NCBI GenBank assembly: GCA_965649765.1
Contig: OZ287752.1
Span: 79,670,001-79,734,000 of the forward strand
Reading direction: 5' to 3'
Source: Bispira polyomma
Lineage: Eukaryota
Length of the DNA: 64,000 nucleotides
Both the position numbers and the translations under genes were made by a program. Positions 1-12,352 of this stretch are shown here, piece by piece (position 1 is the stretch's first letter; each line of letters starts with the position of its first letter). Under the pieces are notes generated by a model. The model worked only from the letters and a program-made list of their open reading frames with translations. It searched no databases and was not told the DNA's origin.

Positions 1-920
1 AGTGAAATTTCTATTATCCGAACGAACTATTTATTCATGTGAGAAGGATCTTCAATGAAAAAAAAGGTAATTTACATAAAACAACTAAAAATAAAAACTC
101 TAGAATAATAACCAAGCTCATGAACACTAAATGGTCGGACAGAATATATTTTGGTTTCAAACAATAAGAAAACTACTTCAGGCTGAATGTCAAAGTAGCA
201 TCAAAAGTATGGTAGCAGAAGTTCGACTGTGTTAAGGTGATAAGTTACTGTTCCCAAAAGTTATTTTCAATATTAAGATAAAACCACACTATTGTCATTT
301 ACTGTTAAGATCATGTATCAATAAAGCTGAAACCGAATAGTAATTTTACTATCCTAAACAATTGGTGGAATTTTCAACCAAATATCGATTCCATGTATTT
401 GCTTTAGTGCAATATAAAGGAATTTCTATAGCAACTGGTTTAATTCTGACTTAAATTATGTTTAGAGTCATTAGTTTAAAATCATGTCGCAAAGATTTCT
501 GCACTTTCTAAGCTATAAAAATTTCTTGTTCAAAAGTGTTTATACCGTGCTGATTGTCAGTAGATTCTGTTTGGCAACCTGATGCAAAGTGACCATATTT
601 AATTACTACAAGTTCGACTACCCCATTAGTTGAAGTTTTCTTTGAGAAAATGGTATATTGTAGCCATTACTGCTGTTTGTATCGGTAGAACTGCTATGAG
701 CAGAATATGTTGGGAGAACAAGATTTTGTTTAGGCAGAAGTTTTATAACATGGAAGAGACACTTTTGTTTGACACAAATTTGGGAGTTTGGCAATGATTT
801 TATAAAACAAATAGTTGGAAAAGAAAGATTTTACTGTGTAATGCAATGCCACAATATATCCGCTGTAATGACACACATGCTTTAATTATAAAATAAATGT
901 TACTACAACTGTAAAGTCAA

Positions 921-957
921 GTTTCTGACTCTTTGTTTTCTTTATTTCTCTCCTCAG
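921..957 (+). promoter_or_regulatory. Branch point, polypyrimidine tract and 3' splice acceptor (near-identical before copies 1-7)
   Basis: TTCTGAC(T/G)CTTTGTTTTCTTTATTTCTCTCCTCAG; branch A about 29 nt upstream of the AG. Confidence 0.85.
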
Positions 958-3160
958 TGAAGAAATGAGGAAACCCCTAATACAGGAGTTGTGGAGCTCA
1001 GCAAATGCCCTTCGGATAGCTGCCTTGTGCAAAACGTTAGACAGTTGTGGCGATGTCAACCTTGCTAACCCATCTCCAATACCAAATACACTTTGCATGT
1101 CTGTGAGTAAACATATACCTGCCAGAGTCAAAGATGAACCTTGTTTTGATGACCATGACTTGTTAGACACTAGTGAGGTGGTAAGGCTAGGCAAAGTAAA
1201 TAAACAAACTGGCTTGGAATCAATGTTCAATTGCACATTGAGTAATATATTAAAAGAAGAAAGTGCCAGATTTATTTGCAATAGAGCCAATCCAAATCAT
1301 GCAACTGCTGAAAATGGGGGACTTAGTGACACTGCATTGATTAAAGTAGAATCCATTGAAAAAAACTGGCCTGTATCTGAAAATGGCACAGACATGGCTG
1401 ATGGTGATTCTGATGATACCATAGAATACTTTTCTGATGATAAACTTTCACAGGTGAAGAGCCATGGTAAATTGCAGACTTCTCCTAAGAGAGCAAGAGT
1501 CAGCAAGAATAAAAGTGGACATAAATCAGAAAGAAGAAGTGCTAAAAGTCCACGGAAAAGTATAGATAGTGTGAAGTTGAAACGCACGAGTGTTAAGGGT
1601 GTAAAATTAGAAAGGCACTTAGGAGACATGAAGTCAAAATGTGCTTATTGTGGTATGATATCTTATCACAGAAGAGTAAGAAAACATACATACGAGCAGC
1701 ATTATGATGAGTTTGTGCCAAAAGAATCTGAGGAAACTTCAGATGTTCATTGCAAAAAGCCGTTAAAAATCAGGTGTTTGAGCTGTGGGGAAGAGGTAGA
1801 AAGGCGGCACTATGCAGTGCATTTACTGACTGATCACCCCACTGACACTGTCAGAAAAACCAACCGAGGTAGACACTATAAAGTTAAAGTGGGCTGTTTG
1901 TTTTGTGACATTTCCATTAAGAATCTGAAGTATATGGAACACTTTGAACAGGTACACCCTGAAATGGGTTGTATGTTCAGTGAAACCAAATCAAATGTGG
2001 CAGCATCTAAATTCCTTGATCGTGTGAAGGTACCTGAAATTAAAAGAGTGGAGCATTTGATGATGTTTGCATGTGTCTATTGTGAAACAGATGAAATCAA
2101 AGTTACCTTCGAGGAGTATAAATCACATGTGTCGGAGTGCCATCCTAAGTTTTATGAAGTGAACATTAAGAACAAGCCCAATGTTACTCTTCATGATAAG
2201 ATTGAAACTGGCCTGGCAGAAATAACGGAGAACAAGGAAAAGATAGAAAAATCCAAATATCTTTATATAGATAGGAGTAGATACTTGCCAGAAGTGCCAC
2301 CACGTCCAAAAGAGTATGTCTGCTTCATATGTCAGCAGAAACTGCCTAATAGGAAGGCATACTACCAGCATGTAATGGACCAGCATGGGTTTAAGAAAAG
2401 AAAAACGTTGATGTGCCCATATTGTTATATATTTTTCTCTTGCCATCTGGCCAAAATAAATCATGAGGATGAGGCCCATGCCATTGAGAAATACATGTGT
2501 GAAACATGTGGCAAGGACTTTGTGCGGTCGTCTTCTCTGAAGATACACAAAGAACATGTGCACGTGGGCTATGTAAAGGAGTGCATGTTGAGGTACAAGC
2601 GGCGACCAAAGAACCTGCTGTGCAGCCATTGCGGTTCTCCATTCAAGACCACAACGAGTCTGAAGTACCACATCACAACAAAGCACAACAAGGAGAAGAA
2701 CTTTGTATGTTCCCAGTGTGACAAATCCTTCTCCAATTCCAGTGGACTCAAGAAGCACGAAATGACACACATGAGTGTCCAGAGCAGAAGGTTTTCCTGC
2801 ACGTTCTGCACATACAAAACCAACAGACGCCACGTCATGGAGTACCATCTGAGAATACACACTGGTGAGAAACCGTACAAGTGCAACTTGTGTGATTGCC
2901 GGTTTCGAATTAGTTTGACACTAAGGTGGCATCTGGAAAATAAACATGACATTAAAGAAACTGGTCAGGGAGTCTTTCATAAGTATTACCAGCCTGAACA
3001 TGGGCAGAAAAGTGAGGCAACAAGAATCATAGAGAGCATGTGTGTAGATTCTGAGGAAGATCTAGAAGTACCATTCTCAAGGACCACTGCAGATGATCAG
3101 GACATTGGACCAATGTCTGAGGACTTTGTTTTAAAAGAAGTAGAATTTCCCCAGTTTTAG
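958..3160 (+). CDS. Zinc-finger coding exon, copy 1 (BTB C-terminal helices + 4 atypical + 7 canonical C2H2 fingers)
   Basis: 731-aa ORF (ATG 965) with CxxC..HxxxH fingers and an HTGEKP linker. Preceded by CTGAC branch site (925-929), pyrimidine tract and CAG (AG 956-957); exon opens T-GAA-GAA-ATG (phase 2). Confidence 0.93.
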
Positions 3161-4324
3161 AATTCTTTCATACCTTGACTGACTTTGCAATATAGCTCTT
3201 GGTAATAGGTATTTCTGAACTTTGCATTACATAGTGTTAAAGTTATAATGGTGAAGTAGTTAAATTACTGGTGTCAGTTTTTTAAAATGGAAAGCGTTTA
3301 CAAGTTTGAATGACTAGAATGAGATATATCAGAAGAAAAATTAAATCAAAACATTAACTCATGTGAATCCTATCCCAAACTATGGGTGAATTGACTGTTT
3401 AACCAACCTAACTGACATGTCGATGTGTTAGGCAAGTTATAGTTTATTCTCCCTGAAGTTTATTCTCCCCAAGGTTTGAGTTCCACTAGATTGGCAATAG
3501 TAACTTCAAAACTAAATTGTCAAAGATAGTTGGAAATATGTAATGCTAGCAAAGTAGTTTTAACTAGAATTAAAATTTTTGAATGAAAAGCGGAAACTTT
3601 TTTTTTGAAAAATAGAAAAGCAGAGAGAAACTGGACATAAATATGCAAGCCGTTGATTCGCATTACAAATAGATTGTACACGTGAAGCATTTTGTGAAGT
3701 TCAGTACTTAGTGATATTACCATGGTTGAAGTCATTAGAATAGGTTATATGTGTGTCTTTTAAATCTGCTTGAAAATTAATATTTTAAGTTTGAATATTT
3801 TATATCTAATCTCTTTATTATTTTATCATGGTACATGTATAATCATTTGATAAATGTATTAATGAAGCATGCAAGGGCAATTGCAAGATTAATTGATGGC
3901 GTTATTTTCTATTGATGCCAATTGTAGGTGTGTAAAATATGTTCATCTTAAAACTTGCAGAAATACATAGACCTCAGTGTATGCATACACATATGTGGTA
4001 CACAAGAATAGCCTTTAAAGTAAAACACTGTACATAAACTCACTGCATTTATTGTGTTAATTCCCTTAACATTTGATGAATTGTTAAAGAACTTTCATTA
4101 GATGCTTTTGAGGTTAAAATGTACAATACACGTATAGATAAAAAAAATTAACATTGATTGACGATTGTGGCTTTAGCAAGAATTAAATTAGGGTCCCTTT
4201 AACCACTGGACCAACTCCCTTATTGCCAGGACACAAACCAATAATCCATGTTAGGGGCATCTATACATCAAATGTTTAATATAGATGCAGTTGAAATAAT
4301 TTTTGTACAAAAAATATTGCATGA

Positions 4325-5215
4325 TTGCTAGATCTCTTAGCAGCTATTGATACCATTGACCATGGTTTACTATTTGACACTCTAAAACAGGGGTTTGGAT
4401 GAAAAGGCACCGTCCTTGATTGAATTAGGTCTTCTCTGGCTCTCACAACCCCCAAAATTAAACTGGATCATCCCTTCTCATCCTCCTACAACCTACCTTT
4501 CGAAGTAACCCAGGGGTCATTCCTTTGTCCTCTACTTTTTACCATCAACACGCATCCCCTCAGCACAGTCGTCAAAAATCACGTGTTAAACACCACATGC
4601 TGACAACACTCCAATCTATCTCTCGACCCTCAGAATGCCCACATATTGGTCTGCTTGCTGAATGTCTCTTCTCAGTCCAGGTTTGAATGAATTACTCTTA
4701 ATTGAAATGACATCCTGATAAAATTGAAGTAGCAAGAAACACAGTGAGTACTTAAAATCATTAGTCCCGATTACACTTCTGGGCAATGATTTACAGCCAT
4801 CTGATAGTGTCATGAACCTTGGCGTCACTATGGACACCGCTTTCTCATTTGATACGCACATAAGCAACATTAGTCACTCGTATCACTTTTGTTATATCAG
4901 TGTGGCTAAGTACCTTGCTAGTAGCCGCTTCGACTACTGCTATTCCCTTCTGTTTGAGGTAAAACAGTCTTGAATAAACAAGTTACAGTCCATTCCAAAC
5001 TATCTCTGTGGATTAATTTTTCATCTGGAGATCCATATTGATGTCTCAAAAAATTATTTTGGCTTCCTATTCACTGTCAAATTTTGTTTGAAAAACCATG
5101 TAACCACTTTCAAATCTGTTTTTCCTCAACAGCCCTTCTAACTTGCTGCTCATCTTGCCTTGAGCAACCTTAAAAAGAGAAAGAGGCTTTCTGTGTCCTG
5201 TAAAACCTACCAAGT
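4325..5215 (+). mobile_element. Degenerate L2/CR1-group LINE reverse transcriptase fragment
   Basis: Manual translation gives LLDLLAAIDTIDH..FG*KGTVLD*..VTQGSFLCPLLF..HADNTPIYL..NLGVTMD..WLPIH, matching the LLDLSAAFDTIDH / PQGSVLGPLLF / YADD / HWLP motifs, with stops and frameshifts. Confidence 0.85.
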
Positions 5216-6172
5216 GGTAGCAAATGGGCCGGATCTGGAGTTTTCTCTAGTAACCTGTTTAGTAGTACATGTACTTTGATCTATGGACTTTCACCAGTGT
5301 TTATATAATTATGACCTAATAAATATTATTTGTTCTTCTTTGAAAATAATTATGATTGGTGTCAAAACTAATTAAGAGTTGCTTTAATTTGATTTAACAT
5401 TGGAATGCAGATAAAAGAAATAATGTGTGATTGATGTGCTGTGAACATTAACAGGTAGTTCAATTTGTTAGTTCACTGTGATTACCAATGTTATACATTT
5501 ATATACAATATTGCTGATATAAACTGTTCATATTCACTCTATATATTGAAGTTTCACCAATAATTATAAACTCTCTAACGTGAGAAGATTGTTTAGAAGA
5601 AGTGGTTATCTTAAAAGTGCCCTGATTTAAATGATTTTATTGTGTTACGTTTTGCCAATACTATTGTTGGAGTTTGAATATCCAATGGATGAAATAGAAT
5701 TTTTTTGTCTGCCAACTTAACTTCCAATTGGACCTTCTCCTGACAGACTTTAAAATTCTACTAAAACTTGGGTTTCTGTTATGGCAGATAATTATATATG
5801 ATATCTATGAAAGTAGACAGAGTAGATGGAATGTACTTTGTAAAGTGGAACTTCTATTATCTCCTAGAAATATTTATTTTGTTGAGAGAAGGATCTCTTA
5901 AAAAAGGTAATTATTTATAAAAAAATAAAAACTATGAATTTTTTTTTTTAATGTTTAAATATAACTGAAATAATATAACTGAAATATATTCTATCACACC
6001 ATTTAGTTTTCACAAGCTCAGATGTTTTCAAACAATAAAAAAAATAATCAAATTTAGGGCGAGTGTGAAAGTGAGTTGTTTAAATTACTTATGTCAGTAA
6101 TTTATCGCAGTGGGAGCAGAAGTTCTATTTTATTGAAGTGTTAAGCTCATGTTTCCAAAAGTTACCATAATA

Positions 6173-6958
6173 CAGTAGACTCTCTGTAAGTCGAATATGC
6201 AAGATCCATCAAATATGCGTCGACTTAGGCTAAATTCGACTTATATATTAAGGGGAGGGGGGGGCAGGGGCCGCCCGGAAGAGTGCTAGGTTTGACTAAA
6301 GTTAGCGTGAATGCATGGTAAGTATGGTCGATAATAAGAGATTTCATTAAAAACACTCAATAAACAACATACACTTATTGGTTTATTATCTGAAACAATT
6401 TTTATATACAATTATACTAATTTATCATCAAATAAAACGTAACTGTGAAGATTTGTCAGCAACCCTAATTGCACTTCTAGCAGTTAAAAAGGCGAGATCC
6501 TTTCCTTTGTTGTAAATTCAAATTAGATCAAAGATGGCCGCGCCCATAACGGCTGAAAACATGTCAAATAAAATTGGATTTCTGGTAAGTTAGTGTCTTG
6601 TTTGATGTTTGTAAGTGATCAGATGTTTAAACCCCCCTCAATACACAATATGATACCTCCTTTGTGTGGATTGTTTAACTTTCACAGCATTAAGTCACCG
6701 GTCCATGCCGATAACAATAGACAGCATTAATCCCTTGTTAAACAAATAAGATTGGTGGTTCAAGTTCGAAATATACCTTGAAAAACAGACTAAAAAAGGC
6801 TTTTTGGCCTTTAAAATAGGTTCGATATAGGCCTAAATTTTCGGTTCGAAGTTCGAGCAATACCTTTGATTTTAATAATAAATTGTTGGGACTTGCAATC
6901 TGGTTCGATATGTGCCAAAAATCGAGTTGTACAGAATCGACTTACAGAGAGTCTACTG
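6173..6958. mobile_element. Tc1/mariner (pogo/Tigger-type) MITE, 786 bp
   Basis: Perfect 22-bp TIR CAGTAGACTCTCTGTAAGTCGA, TA on both sides (6171-72, 6959-60). The paralogous empty site lies near 250-340. Confidence 0.9.
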
Positions 6959-7639
6959 TACATGTATTGAGAAGACAAAACCACTGTATCCTGTATCAAT
7001 AAAGCTGAAACTGAATACGTGTAGTAAATTTACTATCCCGAATAATTGGTGGAATGTTCAACTAAATATCAATTAAACATGTACATGTATTTGTTTATGG
7101 TGCAATATAAAAAAATTTCTGCACCAACTGGCATAATTGTGACTTAAATTATGTCAGCATTTAAAATTGTTTGTAGTATAAGACACGAAACTTTCAAAAA
7201 CAAATGTCTTGCTTTATTAAATTTTTGATTGTTACTTGCACCAGTTCAGGGGAAAGCCAAATATTCTAATATTCTCTTTCAGCTTTATGGATCAATATTG
7301 GAATATTTATCACTTAACTCCAGAATTTTTCTAATGTTGATGTAACCAGCTTAAAGATCAGTATAAAAAAATGGTTATTTTAACATGCTATTATTGTAGT
7401 GTAGCTGCATTACATTATTGTCTTAGCAGAACAGCTTATTTATTTGCTTGTTGCACATTTTTACCTGAGTTTAATTATTACAAAATTGTAACTGCTATTT
7501 TGTGTGTGCTTGTTTACATATATACAAAATCACTAAATCCCAACAAATTCTGGAAACTAATAAATCAAATTTTACCCTGAAAGTCTTGTATGAATTCACT
7601 TCAGTACTAATCAAACCCGCTTTTGATAAGTCTCTCTAG

Positions 7640-7920
7640 CTTTCTTTACATGCTGTTTCAAGTGATCTCGTGGGGACTTCCAAGGAGGAATCGTTTTCGA
7701 AATGTCTTATGTTATTTAATATTTATCTAACTTACAAGCACAGCGGAATTACAACTCTGTAAAGAGACCTGCCCAATTTATACCTAAATTTTGATGCAGT
7801 CACCAAGAAACATTTGGAATCGATTCACAGAAATTTTATTATGGATCGAGTCAATACATTGATCTTCTGTCAATTTGTTCCACCACTACCATGTACTATA
7901 CGATGCTAACTTATCTAACC
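7640..7920 (+). mobile_element. Possible eroded LINE ORF2 3' end
   Basis: Segment absent from other spacers; reads RDLPNLYLNFDAVTKKHL..CQFVPPLPCTIRC*, reminiscent of Cys-rich CR1-group C-termini. Weak. Confidence 0.3.
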
Positions 7921-8609
7921 TGTCTGTGAAAACAGGTTGTAGTAGATACAATATTTCTGGACAGTAGTTATTGGAATTTAAGCTGTTAAATTATCTTACC
8001 ATGTCAACCTATAATGCCCTATATGGTGGTGTATATTTGACTTGATATTTATTCATATAAACAATGGTAGCTGATATTGCTGACTGCAATAGATCTGACT
8101 TGATTTTGGAACACAACACAACTACTGCAGGATAGAATATTGCACTTGTGTGCAACCTATTTCTTTTTGATTGGTAATGAATTAAGGATTGTCATTAGTT
8201 TGAAATATTGTGCCAAAGAATTGTTTGTTTTCTAAGGTGTAAATATTTATGGTTCAAAAGTTCTCGTACTGTGCTGATTCTTAGTTAGATTTTGTTTAAG
8301 AATTTGATGCAAAATGAGCACATTTAATTGCTACAAGTTCTACTCCCCCAAGGTTGACGTTATCTTTGCAAAAATGGTTTATTGTAGCCATGACTGCTTT
8401 TTATCAGTAGAACTGCTATGAGCAGGACATGGGAACAAGATGTTTGGATAAAAGTTTTTTAACATTTTTGAGTGGCAATAAAAGTTTGTAGTACAATGCT
8501 AATATATGGCCCTGCTGTAATGACACACATGCTTTAATTGTAAAATAAATGTTGCTACAACTGTAAAGTTAAGTTTCTGACGCTTTGTTTTCTTTATTTC
8601 TCTCCTCAG

Positions 8610-10788
8610 TGAAGAAATGAGAAAAACCCTAATACAGGAGTTGTGGAGCTCATCAAATGCCCTTCGGATACCTGCTTTGTGCAGAATGTTAGACAGTTGT
8701 GGCGATGTCAACCTTGCTTACCTATCTCCAATACAAAATGCTCTTTGCACATCTGTGAGTAAACATATACCTGCCAGAGTTAAAGATGAACCTTGTTATG
8801 ATGACCATGACTCGTTAGACACTAGTGAGTTAGCAAGACCAGACATAGTAAATAAACAAACTGGCTTGGAATCGATGACCAATTGCACATTGAGTAATAT
8901 ATTGAAAGAAGAAAGTTGCAATAAAGCCATACCAAATCATGCAACTGCTCAAGATGGGGGACCCAGTGACACTACATTGATTAAAGTTGAATCTTTTGAA
9001 AAGAACTGGCCTGTATCTGAAAATGGCACAGACATGGGTGGTAGTGATTCTGATAATACCATAGAATACTTTTCTGATGATGATGAGAGCGATGGTAAAT
9101 TGCAGACAATTCCTAAGAGAGCAAGGGTCAGCAAGAATAGAAGTAGACATAAATCAGAAAGAAGTGCTAAAAGTCCTCGTAAAAGTGTAGATAGCGCGAA
9201 AAGGAGAACATTGAAATGCAGGAGTGTTAAGGGTGTAAAAATAGATAGGCATTTAGGAGACATGAAGTCAAAATGTGCTTATTGTGGTAATATATCTTCT
9301 CACAGCTTGGTAAGAAGACATACATACGAGCAGCATTATGATGAATTTATGCCAAAAGAATCTGAAAAAACTTCAGATGTTCAGTGCAAAAAGCAGTTGA
9401 AAATCAGGTGTTTAAGCTGTCGACAAGAGGTAGAGAGGCGGCATTATGCAGTGCATTTACTGACTGATCACCCCACTAATACTGCCAGAAAAACTAATCG
9501 AGGTAGACACCATAAAGTCAAAGTAGGCTGTCTATTTTGTGACAGTTCCATTAAGAATCTGAATTACATGGAACACTTTGAACAGGTACACCCTGAAATG
9601 GGTTCTATGTTCAGTGAAACCAAATCAAATGTGACAGCATCCAAGTTCCTTGATCGTGTGAAGGTATCTGAACTTAAAAGAGTGGAGCATATGATGATGT
9701 TTGCATGTGTCTATTGTGAAACAGATGAAATGAAATTTACCTTTGAGGAGTATAAATCACACGTATTAGAGTGCCATCCAAACTTTTATGAAGTGAACAT
9801 TAAGAACATTTATACTCTTCGTGATAAAATTGAAACTGGCCTGGCAGAGAAAACTGAGAACAAAGAAACAATAGAAAAATCCAAGTATCTCTACATAGAT
9901 AGGAGTAGATACCTGCCAGAATTGCCCCCACGTCCCAAAGAGTATGTCTGCTTCCTGTGTCAGCAGAAAGTGCACAATAGAAAGGCTTACTACCAGCATG
10001 CTGTGGACCAGCATGGGTTTAAGAAAAGAAGAACGTTTATGTGCCCATATTGTTATATCTTATTCTCATGCCATCAGACCAAAATGAACCATGAGGATGA
10101 GGCCCATGCTATTGAGAAATACATGTGTGAAACATGTGGCAAGGACTTTGTGAGGTCGTCTTCACTGAAGATACACAAAGAACATGTTCATTTGGGCTAT
10201 GTAAAGGAGTGTGTGCTGAGGTACAAGCGGAAGCCAAAGAACTTGCTGTGCAACCATTGCGGTTCTCCTTTCAAGACCACCAGAAGTCTGAAGTACCATA
10301 TCGCAACAAAGCACAGCAAGGAAAAGAATTTTGTATGTTCCCAGTGTAACAAATCCTTCTCTCATTCCAGTGGACTTAAGAAACATGAAAAGACACACTT
10401 AAGTGTCAAGAGCAGAAAGTTTTCGTGCACGTTCTGCACATTCAAAACCAACAGACGCCATGACATAAAGAACCATCTGAGAATACACACTGAGGAGAAA
10501 CCATATAAGTGCAACTTGTGTGATTGCCGGTTTCGAATTAGTTTGACACTAAGGTGGCATTTGGAAAATAAACACGATATCAAAGAAACTGGTCAGGGAG
10601 TCTTTCAGAAGTATTACCAGCCTGAACATGGGCAGAAAAGTGAGGCAACAAGAATTATGGAGAGCATGTATGTAGATTCTGAGGAAGATTTGGAAGTACC
10701 ATTCTCCAGAACCACTGCAGATGATCTGGACATTGGAACAATGTCTGAGGACTTTGGTCTGAAAGAAGTAGAGTTTCCCCAGTTTTAG
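8610..10788 (+). CDS. Zinc-finger coding exon, copy 2
   Basis: 723-aa paralog (ATG 8617); acceptor AG 8608-8609, phase 2. Small in-frame deletions; linker changed from TGEKP to TEEKP. Confidence 0.92.
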
Positions 10789-10817
10789 TATTCTTTCATG
10801 TCTTGACAGACATTGTA

Positions 10818-11264
10818 TGCCTACGCTTCCTTTCAGCACATTTCGACATCGGCTTATTTTAAGGTGTCCAAACCGATCCGACGTCGGCCAATTTTGTTTG
10901 TGCTTCCTTTCATCCGATATACACTCAAAATTCGTCGGATGGGGCAGAAGACAGCCTATTTTATTGTGATTACTTTTTTTCCATGACATTTTCAACTTCA
11001 ATATCCGATGAATATTGAGTATATATAGCATGAAAACTATACCCATTATAGTGTTTTTGTAGCCATTCTTGTTTCAAAATCACACAGTGCTCCCGATTTT
11101 TTCCCTCCCTGAGAGATAAATATGTTGGCTAAACAGACGTCAGCCGACGTCTTATCAGATCTGATGCAAATATACTGAAAGGAAGCACTTGGTTGTATTA
11201 TATAGTGAACAATAAAATCTGCTGACGTCGGCCGAGAAAAACATGCTGAAAGTAAGCGTGGGCT
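10818..11264. mobile_element. MITE inserted just after the copy 2 stop codon
   Basis: Imperfect TIR (T/A)GCC(T/C)ACGCTT(C/A)CTTTCAGCA with TA flanks and internal inverted repeats (ACGTCGGC, CTTCCTTTC). Absent from the same position in the other copies. Confidence 0.8.
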
Positions 11265-11755
11265 TATATAGCTCTTGGTAACAGGTAGTCAGTTTTTTAT
11301 AACGGAAAGCGTGTACAAGTTTAAATGACTAGAATTAGATTGATCAAAAGAAAAACCTTGTTAAAAGATTAAAACGTAAATCGTATCGGTCCTCAATTAA
11401 GGTTGAATTTACTTTTTATCCATCCTAGCTGACATCTCTTTGTTGATTACTCAAAGTTTTGGGAAAGTTATAGTTTATTCTCTTCACCCTGAAGCTAACC
11501 TAGAATGTTGTGCAAGTCTACTTTGCAACAACTTGCATGATTTGACTAAAAAATACATGCCATTTGTTTTTGTGGACGAGGTTTGAGTTGCACTAGATTG
11601 GCAATAGTAACTTAAACTAACTTCGAAACTAAATTGTCCAAGATAGGTTGAAATGTGTAATGCTAACAAAGTAGGTTTTAGCTAGAATAAAAACTGTAAC
11701 TGAAAAACCGGAACTCCTTAAAAAGTAGAAAAGCAGAGAGAAACTGGACATAAAT

Positions 11756-12352
11756 ATTGTAATTGTAATTAGACTTTTATAGCGCCAAATCTCCCCTTTA
11801 CGAAAGCGATTCTAAAGGCGCAACAGCACCAAGACAGTGATCCAGTTTCAAAATTTAGGGACAGAAAAAAGGCCAAGCACCAAAGAGAACGCCAGGTGAT
11901 GATTAATACCAAAGTGAGTATGCCTGGGTGTACAGGTGGGTTTTAAGCTGATTTCTGAAAGAGGCTAGAGAGGGGGACGCACGAATCACATCAGGAAGAG
12001 CATTCCAAACAATTGGAGCATCAAAAACAAAGCTATAACCAAACTCTTTAACTTTTGAGTAGACGGATAGAACTTTGGAACAACAAGGAAATTACCACCA
12101 CTCTGACTGTGCCTGGTGTTGTAAGAACTACTGTAAGAGTAAAGATATGGGGCAAAATACTCAAAAATGTCTTTTTGAATCAAAGAGTGTAAAACTCAGT
12201 CTTGTCAGGATTCAATTTGAGTTTACTAGTTGACATCCACTCTTTTTATATCATCAAGGCACCTGTTCAACTGTTCAAAGGCAGCAGATGTATTCTACTG
12301 GGATAAGTGCATGTAAACTTGGGTGTCATTTGCGTAAAAATGAACTTAGACT
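11756..12352 (-). mobile_element. 5'-truncated, internally deleted L2 LINE
   Basis: Minus strand reads HFYANDTQVY..LNRCLDDI..WMSTSKLKLNPDKTEF and APIVWNALPDVIRASPSLASFRNQLKTHLY, with a short (ATTACA)n tail. Interrupts the 3' flank shared by the paralogs. Confidence 0.87.
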
